From the NCBI GenBank assembly GCA_963514005.1, contig OY740796.1:31868001-31932000 (forward strand): DNA of 64,000 nt. Reading direction: 5' to 3'. Position numbers and translations under genes: made by a program. This DNA comes from Raja brachyura. Taxonomy: Eukaryota. The notes under the pieces are model-generated. The model saw only the letters and a program-made list of their open reading frames with translations. It was not told the origin of the DNA and did not search any database. Shown here in pieces: positions 12,611 to 23,597 of this stretch; the first letter of the stretch is position 1; every line of letters starts with the position of its first letter.

Positions 12611-14531
12611 CTGCAAGCCAGTAATTTCATATGACTATGGCAGGGGTGATGTTCCCCTGAAACAGGGTTCGTCACCAATTGTGGACAATTCTCTAAGAGG
12701 GCCCATGGTTCACTTATCATTCCAAGGACCACTGGATACCATGGCTGTGTAGGCCAATCGGGTATGATGAGAATGCCTTTAGCAGCATCTGACTGGATTT
12801 TTCGCAATACCCGGCTGATGAGGCAAAATGGAGGAAATGAAAGAAAAGCCATTTCCCCCAGTCTAGCGAGAAAGCGTCCATCGCCATTGCCCCAGGATCT
12901 GGTTCCCATGATACATATGTTGGTACCTGATGGTTTAACCCTGACGCGAAAAGGTCAATATCCGGTTTACCAAATTTGGCTGTAATTTTGGCGAATATTT
13001 GGGGATTTAACATCCACTCAATGTTGTCATTAAATTTCCGTGACCTGGTGTCCGCCACGATATTGTGCTTACCTGGTAGGTAGGTAGCTGAAATCCAAAT
13101 ATTGCGTTGCATGCACCAGAGCCAAATTGTATTAGCCAATTCATCACATGAAATTGACCTGGTACCGCCCATATGATTTAGATATGCCACCGCAGTGGTG
13201 TTGTCTATTTGGAGATGGACATGAGTGTCAGTAATGTTTGAACAATAAGCTCTAAGTCCGTGGAATGCCCCTAGCATCTCCAAATAATTTATCCCTTGTG
13301 CTAACAAAAGGGTAGATTCAAGTGAGTCCCATCTGCCCCCACAACTAGTGTTGTTGTCCGTAGCTCCCCAGCCATGGGAGCTTGCGTCTGTTTGTAAGAA
13401 CACCAACGGACGAGGCACAATGATGGGTTTGAATGAGTTACGGATATTATCAATCCACCATTGTAACTCAATTTTTGCCTTGATTGGCAGCTGCATGGGT
13501 CTATCAAAATGTCCAGCATTTAATTTTAATGCTGAAATCATGGATCTTTGCAAATTTTGATAATGTAAAGGTCCGAATTGAGCAGCTGGAAAAGCTGCTA
13601 CCATTTTCCCAATTACCTTGGCAGCTTGTCTAATTGATGGTATACTGGCGCAGACCAGACTATTACATGCTTCAATGATATCCCCAACTTTGTTATTTGG
13701 TATGGTGGTAATCATTCGATTGGAATCAACCGTAAATCCCAGATAGTCCATGACCTGTGAAGGACAGAACTTCGATTTATCTGGATGGATAATAAATCCC
13801 ATTTTTTCAAATAATTTCACAGTGGCTATAACTGCCAAATTTGCTGATTCTAATGTATTCCCAATGATAAGGATATCATCTAGGTAAGCCATAACTGTAT
13901 GGTTTTGTCTCCTTAGTGTTGCTAACACTGGCTTAAGTAATTTAGTAAACAATCTGGGGGCTGTGGTAAGCCCATTGGGCAAAGCTCTGTATTGCCAAAG
14001 TTGATCCATCCAGGTAAATTTTAAGAACTTCCTGTGATGCTTCTGAATGGATACCGAATAGTATGCATCTTTTAAATCAATGCATGCCATGAAGCAGCCC
14101 TTGGAAACCAAAGATTTGGCTGTCTCAAATGTGTCCATTTTAAAATGGGTATATTTTACAAAAGTATTCAAATGGGTTAGATCTATGATAACCCGACATC
14201 CACCGTCTTTTTTGGTTTTTGTGAAAATGTTAGATACAAATTCAATTGGTTCGTGGATAGTTCTTTCTATCACTCCTTTTTCTTGTAATCTCAAGATTTC
14301 AGCATAGCCTTCTGCTACTTCCTTATTGGAAAATGCAAATTTACGATTCGGCATATGCTGAGGTGGAGGAAGTTGACCATTTATAAACTCAATCTCATGG
14401 CCTTGAATACTTTGTAAAATAAACTCATCTGAGGTGATGGTATCCCATGCCTCCTTAAAGAACCGTAATCTCCCTCCAACACGTGAGGTTAGACATGCAA
14501 GTGCATGAAATCCAGACCGCCTTACCTCCAT
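12604..14531 (-). pseudogene. DIRS A Pol: reverse transcriptase - RNase H - Dam-like methyltransferase
   Basis: IDLKDAYY, ALPNGL, YLDD; RNaseH TDAS/INYLE/IDNTTAV/NIVAD; MT IDLFAS...FPPF...PDWPTQPW with one 1-nt frameshift near 12855. Confidence 0.93.
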
Positions 14532-14533
14532 GG

Positions 14534-16312
14534 CTATCGGCGGTCCCTGGCATGTTTGGTGGGACGTGGAGATGCTGGGTTGAGCTGGTGATGCGGTTGC
14601 CACATCTTCCATGCTGGCCGCTGCGGGCCTTGCCCTAAAAAAGGCCTCTGTTGGATTTGCTGGTATTGTGGAGGCGCCAGTATGTAGGTCCTTGCTGGCC
14701 TTTCGGTTTGACCTCGTGGCTTGGAATATGGCGTTTTCCTGGCCGTTTGTCTGGTCGAGATGTGCGACCTCATAAGACCCACTGTCTTGGCATGGTCGTC
14801 TAGATCCTTGACCTGCTTTGGTAGGTCTTCCCCGAATAGTTGTCTGGGTGGTGGCGTTGGAGATGCTCTGCACAGCCCCGCGAATTTGGGGTTAAGAGTG
14901 GGCTTGATAGTGCTTTTTCGAAACTCATTTATTTCATACTGCGTGTTGCACAATAATGCAAGTGCGTCCTCATGTTCGGTGCTTAGATCCATCCCGTCCA
15001 CCGATCTCGCAAATGCGGTAATCCCAGACGTGAGCAGTTTTAGGATTTTTTGTAACTTGATCTCCTGTGCTCTTATGCCCGGGCTTATATTGCCCCAAAT
15101 AGGCATATTTACTATAGGTCCGTTGAGTGAGTTACAATTACTCGGTGCTTTGTACCTGTTCATGGCCTCCGCAAGGACCTGATCCTGTAATTGGTGATTG
15201 GTGAGGAAGTCAATGGTAGCGGCCAGTTTTGGTTTGAGAGGTTGCCCTGATGATTTGGGTAACGCAAACCTGGCTGCCACGTCCAGAGGTTCTTCCTGAG
15301 GGACCTCAGGTGTCGCTGGTTCGTGTACCAAGATATCCTCTTCTTCTACTGGCTCCCTCATGCTACCCATTGACGATGGGGATATATCCGATAGTCCCCT
15401 GGAACTGGACATACCCTGCCGTTGACTTTGCTGCAGGATCCGTTCCATCATCCTCTCCATTTGTTCGATGCGTCACTCATCGTGAGTGAATGGGAGGTCA
15501 GAGCCCTCATGCCCGAAGGAACTCCTGAGGCTCCTATCATCGGTCCGTACCTCGTTGAGGTAATCTCGGTGCCGTGACGAAAAGTCGCTGCCAGCCGCCT
15601 CAGCGTAACTGCACGACTACCGCGCGGATCTGCTCATTCGCCTCCTTTTGGATGAGCTAGGTCCGCTTGCCTCAAAGGCCAAATACGGAGAGAAGTCGGT
15701 ACCTGCCGCCGCAGCGTAGTGACCCGACATCCGCGCGGGCTTGCCGCCTGTCCTTCTCCTGGACTCAGGCGATGTACGGTCCCGTCCTGCCATGAATGGG
15801 GAATGCGGTGACCGTGGTGAGACTCCACCTGCATGGCTCCTCCTGGCTCTGCTAGGTGGTGAGTCTACACTGGCCCTTCCTGGTCTGCCAGTGGACTCGG
15901 GTCTCAGTAAACCACCAGTCCGCAATCTAGCGGCCTCTGGTGAGTGTTCTGCCCTGAAAGGGCTATGCTGTTGAGCTCTATCCCTGGCTCTTCCACGAGG
16001 GCTCAGGGAGAAGGGCCGTGCAGCAGCACGTGAAACCCGTTTGCTCATATCAGCCAACAATTCTCTCCCTGTTGGAGATAGAGAAATGGAGTCAGGGTCT
16101 ACCTGCTCCGGCGCCGTTCCCACTTGCTGCTCTGCGGGATCCCCGCTCGTACACAGCTGTGTCGGTGGGTCGGGTTCTGTAGTCACAGGGCTCCCCGACT
16201 TTTGCGCCTTTTTCCCGGCCCGTCTAGCGGGTGCTGCCGTTGAAGAGAGCTCCGGGAATAATGGCCGACGACTCCTTTCGGAAGTCCTGCGGCCTGTACT
16301 CCTTTTATCCAT
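14534..16312 (-). pseudogene. DIRS A ORF1 (Gag-like), 593 codons with two premature stops
   Basis: ORFs 15617..16360 and 14534..15460 are in the same frame; only TAG (15619-15617) and TGA (15475-15473) interrupt it; conserved P.NC...VN..IW and LFGEDL motifs shared with copy B. Confidence 0.85.
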
Positions 16313-17246
16313 ATCCCTGTTGAAGAAACACGGTTCAAACACCAGGGACAACCAACTCAAGGGTGCCTATACTTACCTGAGCGGTCCTTATGAAGGGCTG
16401 GTGGTGAGCCGCGCTCCGCCTCCAGCCGTCGACTGCAAATGCGAGCGACGATATGTCGCGCATGCGTGCTGGCGGGTTCTTCACGAAGTCACTCACGTGA
16501 GTCTGAAATGAAATTGGAATCAGTGGTGTTTCTCGACTTACTGGCTTTGCTTTCAGGGTGTGGGAGACATGGATTGGGCAGAGCTGTTGAAGAAGCATGG
16601 GAAAGTTCCCAAGTGCTCCCGTATAAGAGTTGTGGTGGAATAGGTGATTAAAGTGGTGGGTGGGTTCCCAGTCAAGAGGTCTGGTTTTGTCCCAGTTGGA
16701 ATATCATCCCAGTCCTATGGTGCTTCCGTTTTTGAAACATTCACTGAAGCTTCACACTTCACCCTTTCCACATAATCTCACACCTGCCATTCTTAGAAAT
16801 CACACTCCAAACATCTCCGGTGAAGAATCCATCAGATCTGGATGTAAATCATCGTATCAAAACCTACGCCTATTTCAACAAACTACATTGAAGCAGATCT
16901 TCAAGAGATAACTAAAGCTTTCATTGAATTTGAGCCACTCTACATTTATATTTCTTATATTTACGACGATCAAATCTGCCCATCAGGTCTACAGGGTTTC
17001 TGAGAGCTAATCCATCAAACCAAGTCCCATTGGATCAATCACCGTCATGCAGTAACATGGTCATTTTATAACAATAAATACATGAAAAATACAGCATTTC
17101 TGCATCAGACAAAATAATGAAAGCATAATGTCCTCAACTTTCTTTGTTTATTGAACATGAAGGATCAGTAGTCCATATATAACTACAATTTGTATTCAAG
17201 GCACCAAAAAAGCAACAAAAAAAATTCAGCATGCATCATTACCGAT

Positions 17247-17548
17247 GCACGGTGACACAGCGGTAGTGTTACAGCCTTACAGCTCTAGAGACCCGGAACT
17301 GACTATGGGTGCTATCTGTAAGAAGTTTGTATGTTCCCTCTGTGACCATGTGGGTTTTCTCTGGGTGCTCAGGTTTCCTCCCACACTCTAAAGACATCCA
17401 GGTTTTAAGTTAATTGGCTTCTGTAAATTATAAACTGCCCCTTGTGTGTAAGGAGAGTGCTAATGTACGGAGTGATCGCTGGTCGGCACAGACTCTGTGG
17501 GCCGAAGGGCCTGTTTTCACGCTATACCTTTAAAATCTAAAGTAAAGT
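17247..17548 (+). mobile_element. V-SINE (HE1-like)
   Basis: Same head, V-domain and tail as 7204-7523. Confidence 0.8.
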
Positions 17549-18888
17549 CAATCACATCATCAGTTTGACATTGAGGCCAATGTGACATTAGGACAATTGA
17601 TCAAAGGCTTGGCCAAAGAAGGGTTATTGACTATGCTGGGGGGGAGGGAAGGAACAAATTGCTCCTGGAGAGAATTTGTCTTTGAATTTTCTCAAACTAA
17701 ACATTTCCCAAGAACAGATTAATTTTGGCTCACAATCTATAATTGATGTGTGTCGTTCAGATCCCACCACTCAATATTACAGAATGCATCTCAGGGGCAA
17801 TATTATTTTTTGACTTGCTGAGAATCCATGAGATGCAGCTCACTCTATCTACCGTGAGTGTTAACAATTGGTGTAGAGCAGAAGGTTTTTGTGGTTTCAA
17901 TTAGTTTTTCTGGGTGAGTGCTGGCATCATACGTATGCCTCAAGGGTATTTTGATCATTAAATCTAAGAGCAATGTGCGTTGGAGAGTGGAATAAATAGA
18001 GAGATGAGAAAGACTCATCTTAATGCAAACATGGAAGGTGATCAAAGTCAGTGCATTAAAGACAATTAAAGACAGAGTCGGTGCCTCAATGACAATCTTA
18101 TATCACTACTCTGTTGCTGAGGCAACTCAAAGTCAGCTCTGATGTCCTAGTTTTGTACACTAATTTATGGAGTGTGACAAGTTATTAATATGAGAGCCAG
18201 TTGTTAGACAACTTTTATGCAAAGCACAACGTACGACTTCCAATGTTAACAAAACAGCCATGGCTCAGTGGATAGCAATCTCACCTCTGAGTCAATTGTT
18301 GCTATGGATTCAAGACCCACTCTAGAGAAACAAACGCATAATGTCAATGCAGAGCTGCTGGAGTACTGCACCTTTAGAAATGCTGCCTTTTGGATAATTA
18401 AAACAATACCTAGTAATGTTACAACATTTTGCGATTTTTAAAATCAAGTCTGCAATTTATCCCATCAGATAAAGCATAAAAAGTTTAATTTGATACCTAA
18501 TTCACTTTCATATCTTTTGTATTAAAAACCAGCACCTTGTTCCCTTATGATTTTCCATTGATTCAACACAAAATCTGTGATCGAGGACAGTCAAAAACCG
18601 ATAACTTTCTTAAAAATTAAGAGAACTGAATGAAATTTTCAGTTGTTATAGATTGAAGCATTCGGAAACAAATATAAAACATCTTACGTGGATGACCTGA
18701 AATTAAAGCATATAATTAGTTAATTACATCATTGGAGCTAATTATAAAATGACCGTTGTGACAAAAATGGTAATAAACACCCAGATTGACTTGAAAATTA
18801 AGAAATGTGATATATCAAGATCAGAACTTTAATATTATTGTATATTATGCTGTAAGCCCGTAACAGATAGGTAAATAAATTACAATTT

Positions 18889-19112
18889 CTAGCAATAGAC
18901 CAAGTCTTTATGGAGAAGATCAGTTGCCAACTGGTACATTGGCATATCATAATCAGTAGCATCATCATACTCCTCAGATTGTAACCGATTGTAACTCTGT
19001 ACACCTTGTTTTTCCTGAACTTTTCGATGTTGGCATTGTAAACTACAAGTTTTGGCTCTTCAAACCACACATGACATGCCTTTCTGCCCACTACTTTCCC
19101 ATTAAGAATGTC
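18889..19112 (-). pseudogene. Putative last exon of the transposon's gene (Tudor/Spindlin-like C-terminal domain)
   Basis: After CTACAG| it reads DILNGKVVGRKACHVWFEE...YRVT/RLQSEEYDDATDYDMPMYQLATDLLHKDLVYC* with one frameshift near 18988. Confidence 0.5.
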
Positions 19113-19161
19113 CTGTAGATTCCATTTCTTAAGAAAAGGATAATTTTTTTTAATAGCCTAA

Positions 19162-19832
19162 ACGGCCTGTCCCACTTACATGTCCTTGGCATGCAAATTA
19201 CGCAACCTCGTGGTCGCGTTGAGGCACACGGGCATCATATGGCCGCACGGGGACACTGAGAAGCGCAGAGGGGTATGTAGTTGTGCGCGACAAAATTTTT
19301 GTAGCAAACGAAATCAATCGCACACCAACGGCCTGTCGCGTAACTGACGGCCAAAGTGGGACAGGCCCAAGACCGTGGCACGATGCAACGTGTCACCTCC
19401 AAACGCAGCAGAAGCAGGCAAACGATCGCTGAACTCGGCCTGGGTTCACGGCCGTTGCAGTCCGGATCCGCCCCCACTTCTACTCCCAGAGTGGAGACAA
19501 GAAAATTGAAGATGGACACAAAATGAGTAACTCAGCGGATCCGGCAGCATCTCTGGAGAGAAGCAATGAGTGACGTTTCGGGTCAAGACCCTTCTTTTCA
19601 GACTGAAGAAGAGTCTCGACGTAAAACGTCACCCATTGCTTCTCTGCAGAGATGCTGCCGGTCCCGCTGAGTTACTCCAGCCTTGTGTCCATCTTCAAAT
19701 GATGTCACGCACTCCAGATGGCTGTGCGTAAGCATGAAATCGTGCGCGACCTTTGCAGGTACCGTCACGGCTCAACGCGACCACGAGGTCACGTAATTTG
19801 CGTGCCAAGGACACGCAAGTGGGACAGGACCT
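19162..19832. mobile_element. PIF/Harbinger-like MITE
   Basis: ~60-bp TIRs (GGCCTGTCCCACTT..CCTCGTGGTCGCGTTGAG / CTCAACGCGACCACGAGG..AAGTGGGACAGG), flanked by TAA/TTA; absent from copies 1 and 3 of the host transposon. Confidence 0.8.
19505..19700. repeat. Palindromic pair of Penelope terminal repeats
   Basis: ~95-bp arms in inverted orientation around TCAGACTGA, each with a degenerate hammerhead core. Confidence 0.85.
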
Positions 19833-20636
19833 TTAGCATCCAAACAACAAACTAATCCCATTCACACAAGAATTCACAATATATAACACGATTTTTAAAT
19901 CTCACTGCCATGAATTTATATGCCAGATGGAGGAAATTTAATGTTTAATTCTCATAAATTAATCCAGAAACATCCACTCAAAATTAATCAAAATTATTGT
20001 TTTTTGCACAATACAAAATTTAGTTTAAAAATAATGATAATGGAGAGAGAATAATACAAAATATAGACAATTTAGATGGCTTATGACATGATTGTCCAAA
20101 AAAACCGGCTTTTTAATCATCTTGCTTCTGGAACGCGATCGATTGGAACATTGCATTTGCGTTGAATTTGATGCCCATATCGGCAGGAAAGACACTGCCG
20201 GTTCGTATGGGGCCCAAATAACATTTTCACAACGTAAAATTAGATTAAAGCCATCCCAAGAAGCAAGATTTTATGTAAAATAAATGACTTACTCTTTGTT
20301 TTGTCCCATTCCTACGATCCATCACGTTGTAGGCTTTGAGGACGTTAGAAGTCGCTTTTTATTTTATTGTAATTATTAAATTGTCTAGCGATTTATAAAC
20401 AAACTGAGAACGGAAGTCTGATCGATTTTTCTTCAGCAGCTATCACCCTGAGGAAATCCGCCTCCGACAGGCAGTACAAAACTGGATTTTAATCCCCTCC
20501 CCCCCCTCAAAGGAGCCAAAGTCGCACACACGGCCAGTGGCAGAACTGCAGCGCTGCTGAAGGTAAGTTTTGTAACATCGCTACAATACCCTGCTCTTTC
20601 AGGTGGATGAAATAGATACAAAATCAGTTTCATATG

Positions 20637-20832
20637 GAATAGGCCCATCAAGCCTACTCGGCCATTCAATCATGGTTGATCTATCTCTCCCTCCCAACTC
20701 CATGCTCCTGCTTTCTCCCCATAACCTCTGACTCATGTACTAATCAAGACTCTATCTATCTCTGCCTTAAAAGTATCTGACTTGGCCTCCATAGCCTTCT
20801 GTAGCAAATAATTCCATAGATTCACCACCCTA
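20637..20832 (-). mobile_element. CR1 LINE 3' fragment
   Basis: GGCCATTCAATCATGG..CTCCTGC.TTCTCCCCATAACC 3'UTR motif shared with other CR1 copies. Confidence 0.75.
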
Positions 20833-22773
20833 CTTCATGGTCTACTCTGTCCTGGTTAGGGTGCGGCATCCCATCCCCATGATCATGGTAGATCTCACTG
20901 AGAATCCACACTCACCCTGACCACACTTACCCTACTTGGTAATCAATAACTAAACATGTCCAGAGAGTACAATCCATCAGTGTATTTCCTGACAGAAGGT
21001 TCTGGAGATAAATTATCCTGTCAGCACCAATATCATTTGCAAACAAACTACTTTGAAACTATAATCCTGGTCTTAAACTAAAGGGCCTATCACTCCATTT
21101 TTTGTCTGACACTGAAGAAGAGAAGATAATTATCTTGGTCTCCTGGCCAACATGTATTGAGTTAATGAAACAATAGACATAATTATTATAAAATTGGTAA
21201 CTACAGGATTTTATTACGTACAAATTGGCTGTAATATTTCCAACACAACAACGACAATGCTTTAAATGTACTTATTTGGCAGTTTTGATGTCGGAATACT
21301 CTTCAACTCTTTGCTGTTTTCTCATGGGACCTAGCCAACATCAGAACTATGGTCCAGGTCAAATCCTGGTTTGGTAAATATATTCTGCAGAAAATGAATG
21401 ATGGAAATGCCTTCTGAAAGGTATTTAAAGAAATGTTACAAGAGTAATCTAATTCATGAAGCATGGGAACACAGAACAGTAGAGCACAGGAATAGGCCCT
21501 TCAGCCAGTTCAAATGTCCTCATTAAATTGTAGTCTAATCCTGCTTCTAATTATATGTGCTTATCTACACATTTGTTCAAACATTAATACTCATGATATC
21601 TTTCCATTTCTAATTCTGAGTTCAGGCATTAACCTATTCAGGTTAATGAGGAGGAAACAGCAGAAAGAGACAGGTTAGATCAAATACAAGTACAAATACT
21701 GCCAATGGGAATTTCCGTGTTTGTAGATTTGTTGTAGCAATCACTTGCCATGGAGTCTGCAAAGCCAATCACAACTATTTGTTTAACTCACTGAATTAAC
21801 TAGATTTCTCTAAGTCAAGCATATTTTAATCTGATTTTTGTCTGCACCTTAATGAAGTGCCTGGGGATGTTTTACTATATTACAGATATGATATACTGTA
21901 AATGCAAGCTGCCATTATTTCTGTGCGTGTTCTGTAACTGCAAATCAATGTAATCAATGTAATCATGTAGCTTAAGCTGTAGAATTGCAAAGTAGAATAT
22001 TACAGGTACAGAAAATCAGAAATAAAATCATAAATCGCTGGAATTTGAAGATCTGGTAGCATTTCTGGAGAAGTGAACAAAGAATAAGGTCCTTTAGTCA
22101 ATGCTGCCTTAACAGACACTGAATGGATAATTCCCTCTCCAGTCCTTTAGTGGTGATTAGCTGAAATTGATTTTTTACTTCTACTTCATATGTGATTGTT
22201 CATCTGAGTAAAAAAAAAATCTGCTTTTTTGGGAAGAACTGATTGCAGTTTATATTTCTTCTACACTTTAAAAAGACTTTGTTATGTGAGTACATTGACT
22301 CCGCTTGATGTGAATGTGTTAGTTTGCTTTGAGTTATTTCTGCAGCCCCACCTCCAATGTGTAGGCTGTATTGCTGTTGTCAGAAGAAATTAGAAATTCT
22401 AAAAAACATAAACTGCAGATGCTAAAAATCAGAAGTAAAAAGAATTATAGATATACCCAGGAGTCAGTGAAAATTGTGGAGAGTGAAACAAAGTTAACGT
22501 GTCAAGTTAATAACATTTTGCTAAGAACTAAGAAAGTGAGAAAACAAACATGTTTTAAGATGTAGTGAAGGTGATGGTGAGGGGGGGTGGGTGATGGAGT
22601 CAAGAGAAGAGAATGTCTGTGATAAGGAAGTGATTGAGAGACACTGAGGGATTGGTGCGTGCTGAGAAAGGGTGATGGAAATTTATAACCTCAGCTGATC
22701 TGTCTGGAGGAGATGTAAATGGAAATAAATAAATGAAAAAAGGAGGGAGAAAGAGAAAAAAAATGATGGAACT

Positions 22774-23597
22774 TAGAAACATAGAAACATAGAAATTAGG
22801 TGCAGGAATAGGCCATTCGGCCCTTCGAGCCTGCACCGCCATTCAATATGATCATGGCTGATCATCCAACTCAGTATCCCGTACCTGCCTTCTCTCCATA
22901 CCCTCTGATCCCCTTAGCCACAAGGGCCACATCTAACTCCCTCTTAAATATATCCAATGAACTGGCCTCAACTACCCTCTGTGGCAGAGAAATCCAGAGA
23001 CCCACCACTCTCTGTGTGAAAAAATTCCTTCTCATCTCGGTCCTAAAGGATTTCCCCCTTATCCTTAAGCTGTGACCCCTTGTCCTGGACCTCCCCAACA
23101 TCGGGAACAATCTTCCTGCATCTAGCCTGTCCAACCCCTTAAGAATCTTGTAAGTTTCTATAAGATCCCCCCTCAATCTCCTAAATTCTAGAGAGTATAA
23201 ACCGAGTCTATGCAGTCTTTGTTCATAAGACAGTCCTGACATCCCAGGAATCAGTCTGGTGAACCTTCGCTGCACTCCCTCTATGGCAATAATGTCCTTC
23301 CTCAGATTTGGAGACCAGAACTGTACGCAATACTCCAGGTGTGGCCTCACCAAGACCCTATACAACTGAAGTAGAACCTCCCTGCTCCTATACTCAAATC
23401 CTTTTGCTATGAAAGCTAACATACCATTGGCTTTCTTCACTGCCTGTTGTACCTGCATGCCTACTTTCAATGACTGGTGTACCATGACACCCAGGTCGCG
23501 CTGCATCTCCCCTTTTCCTAATCGGCCACCATTTAGATAGTAGTCGGTTTACCTATTTTTGCCACCAAAGTGGATAACCTCACATTTATCCACATTA
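22774..23597 (-). mobile_element. 5'-truncated CR1 LINE (ORF2 C-terminus, 3'UTR, (TTTCTATG)n tail)
   Basis: ORF 22871..23506 DLGV...LYRVLVRPHLEYCVQFWSP...RRLRGDLIETYK..TRGHSLR; octamer tail. Confidence 0.93.

Larger units (their letters stand above)
11190..16514 (-). mobile_element. DIRS1-type tyrosine-recombinase retrotransposon A (full length)
   Basis: Gag, RT/RNaseH/MT and YR ORFs; inverted terminal repeats (11263-11292 vs 16458-16487); ICR 11416-11528 complementary to both ends; AAT at both junctions. Confidence 0.95.
18411..20583 (-). mobile_element. 7-bp-TSD DNA transposon copy 2 (longer derivative with coding remnant and nested MITE)
   Basis: TAGTAATGTTACAA / TTGTAACATCGCTA; TSD CAATACC at 18404-18410 and 20584-20590. 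Confidence 0.9.
18256..21290 (+). mobile_element. Old Deu-domain SINE split by younger insertions
   Basis: Head GCCATGGCTCAGTGG..CTCACCTCTGAGTCA at 18256-18410, continuing at 20584-20615 and ~21080-21290 (CCTGGCCAACAT..CAAATTGGCTG). Confidence 0.5.

Noticed and set aside
11585-14873. Bacterial or phage integrase + RT + methylase system (retron or prophage-like)
   Set aside because: Domain order, ITR/ICR termini and the vertebrate SINE/LINE context identify a eukaryotic DIRS1 retrotransposon.
14532-14873. 114-aa N-terminal extension of the 718-aa Pol ORF
   Set aside because: Overlaps the Gag C-terminus and is not visibly conserved in copy B; the shared start is MEV at 14531/35686.
14721-16511. 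Plus-strand ORFs antisense to DIRS Gag (also 35985-36845)
   Set aside because: Shadow ORFs of GC-rich coding sequence; no motifs.
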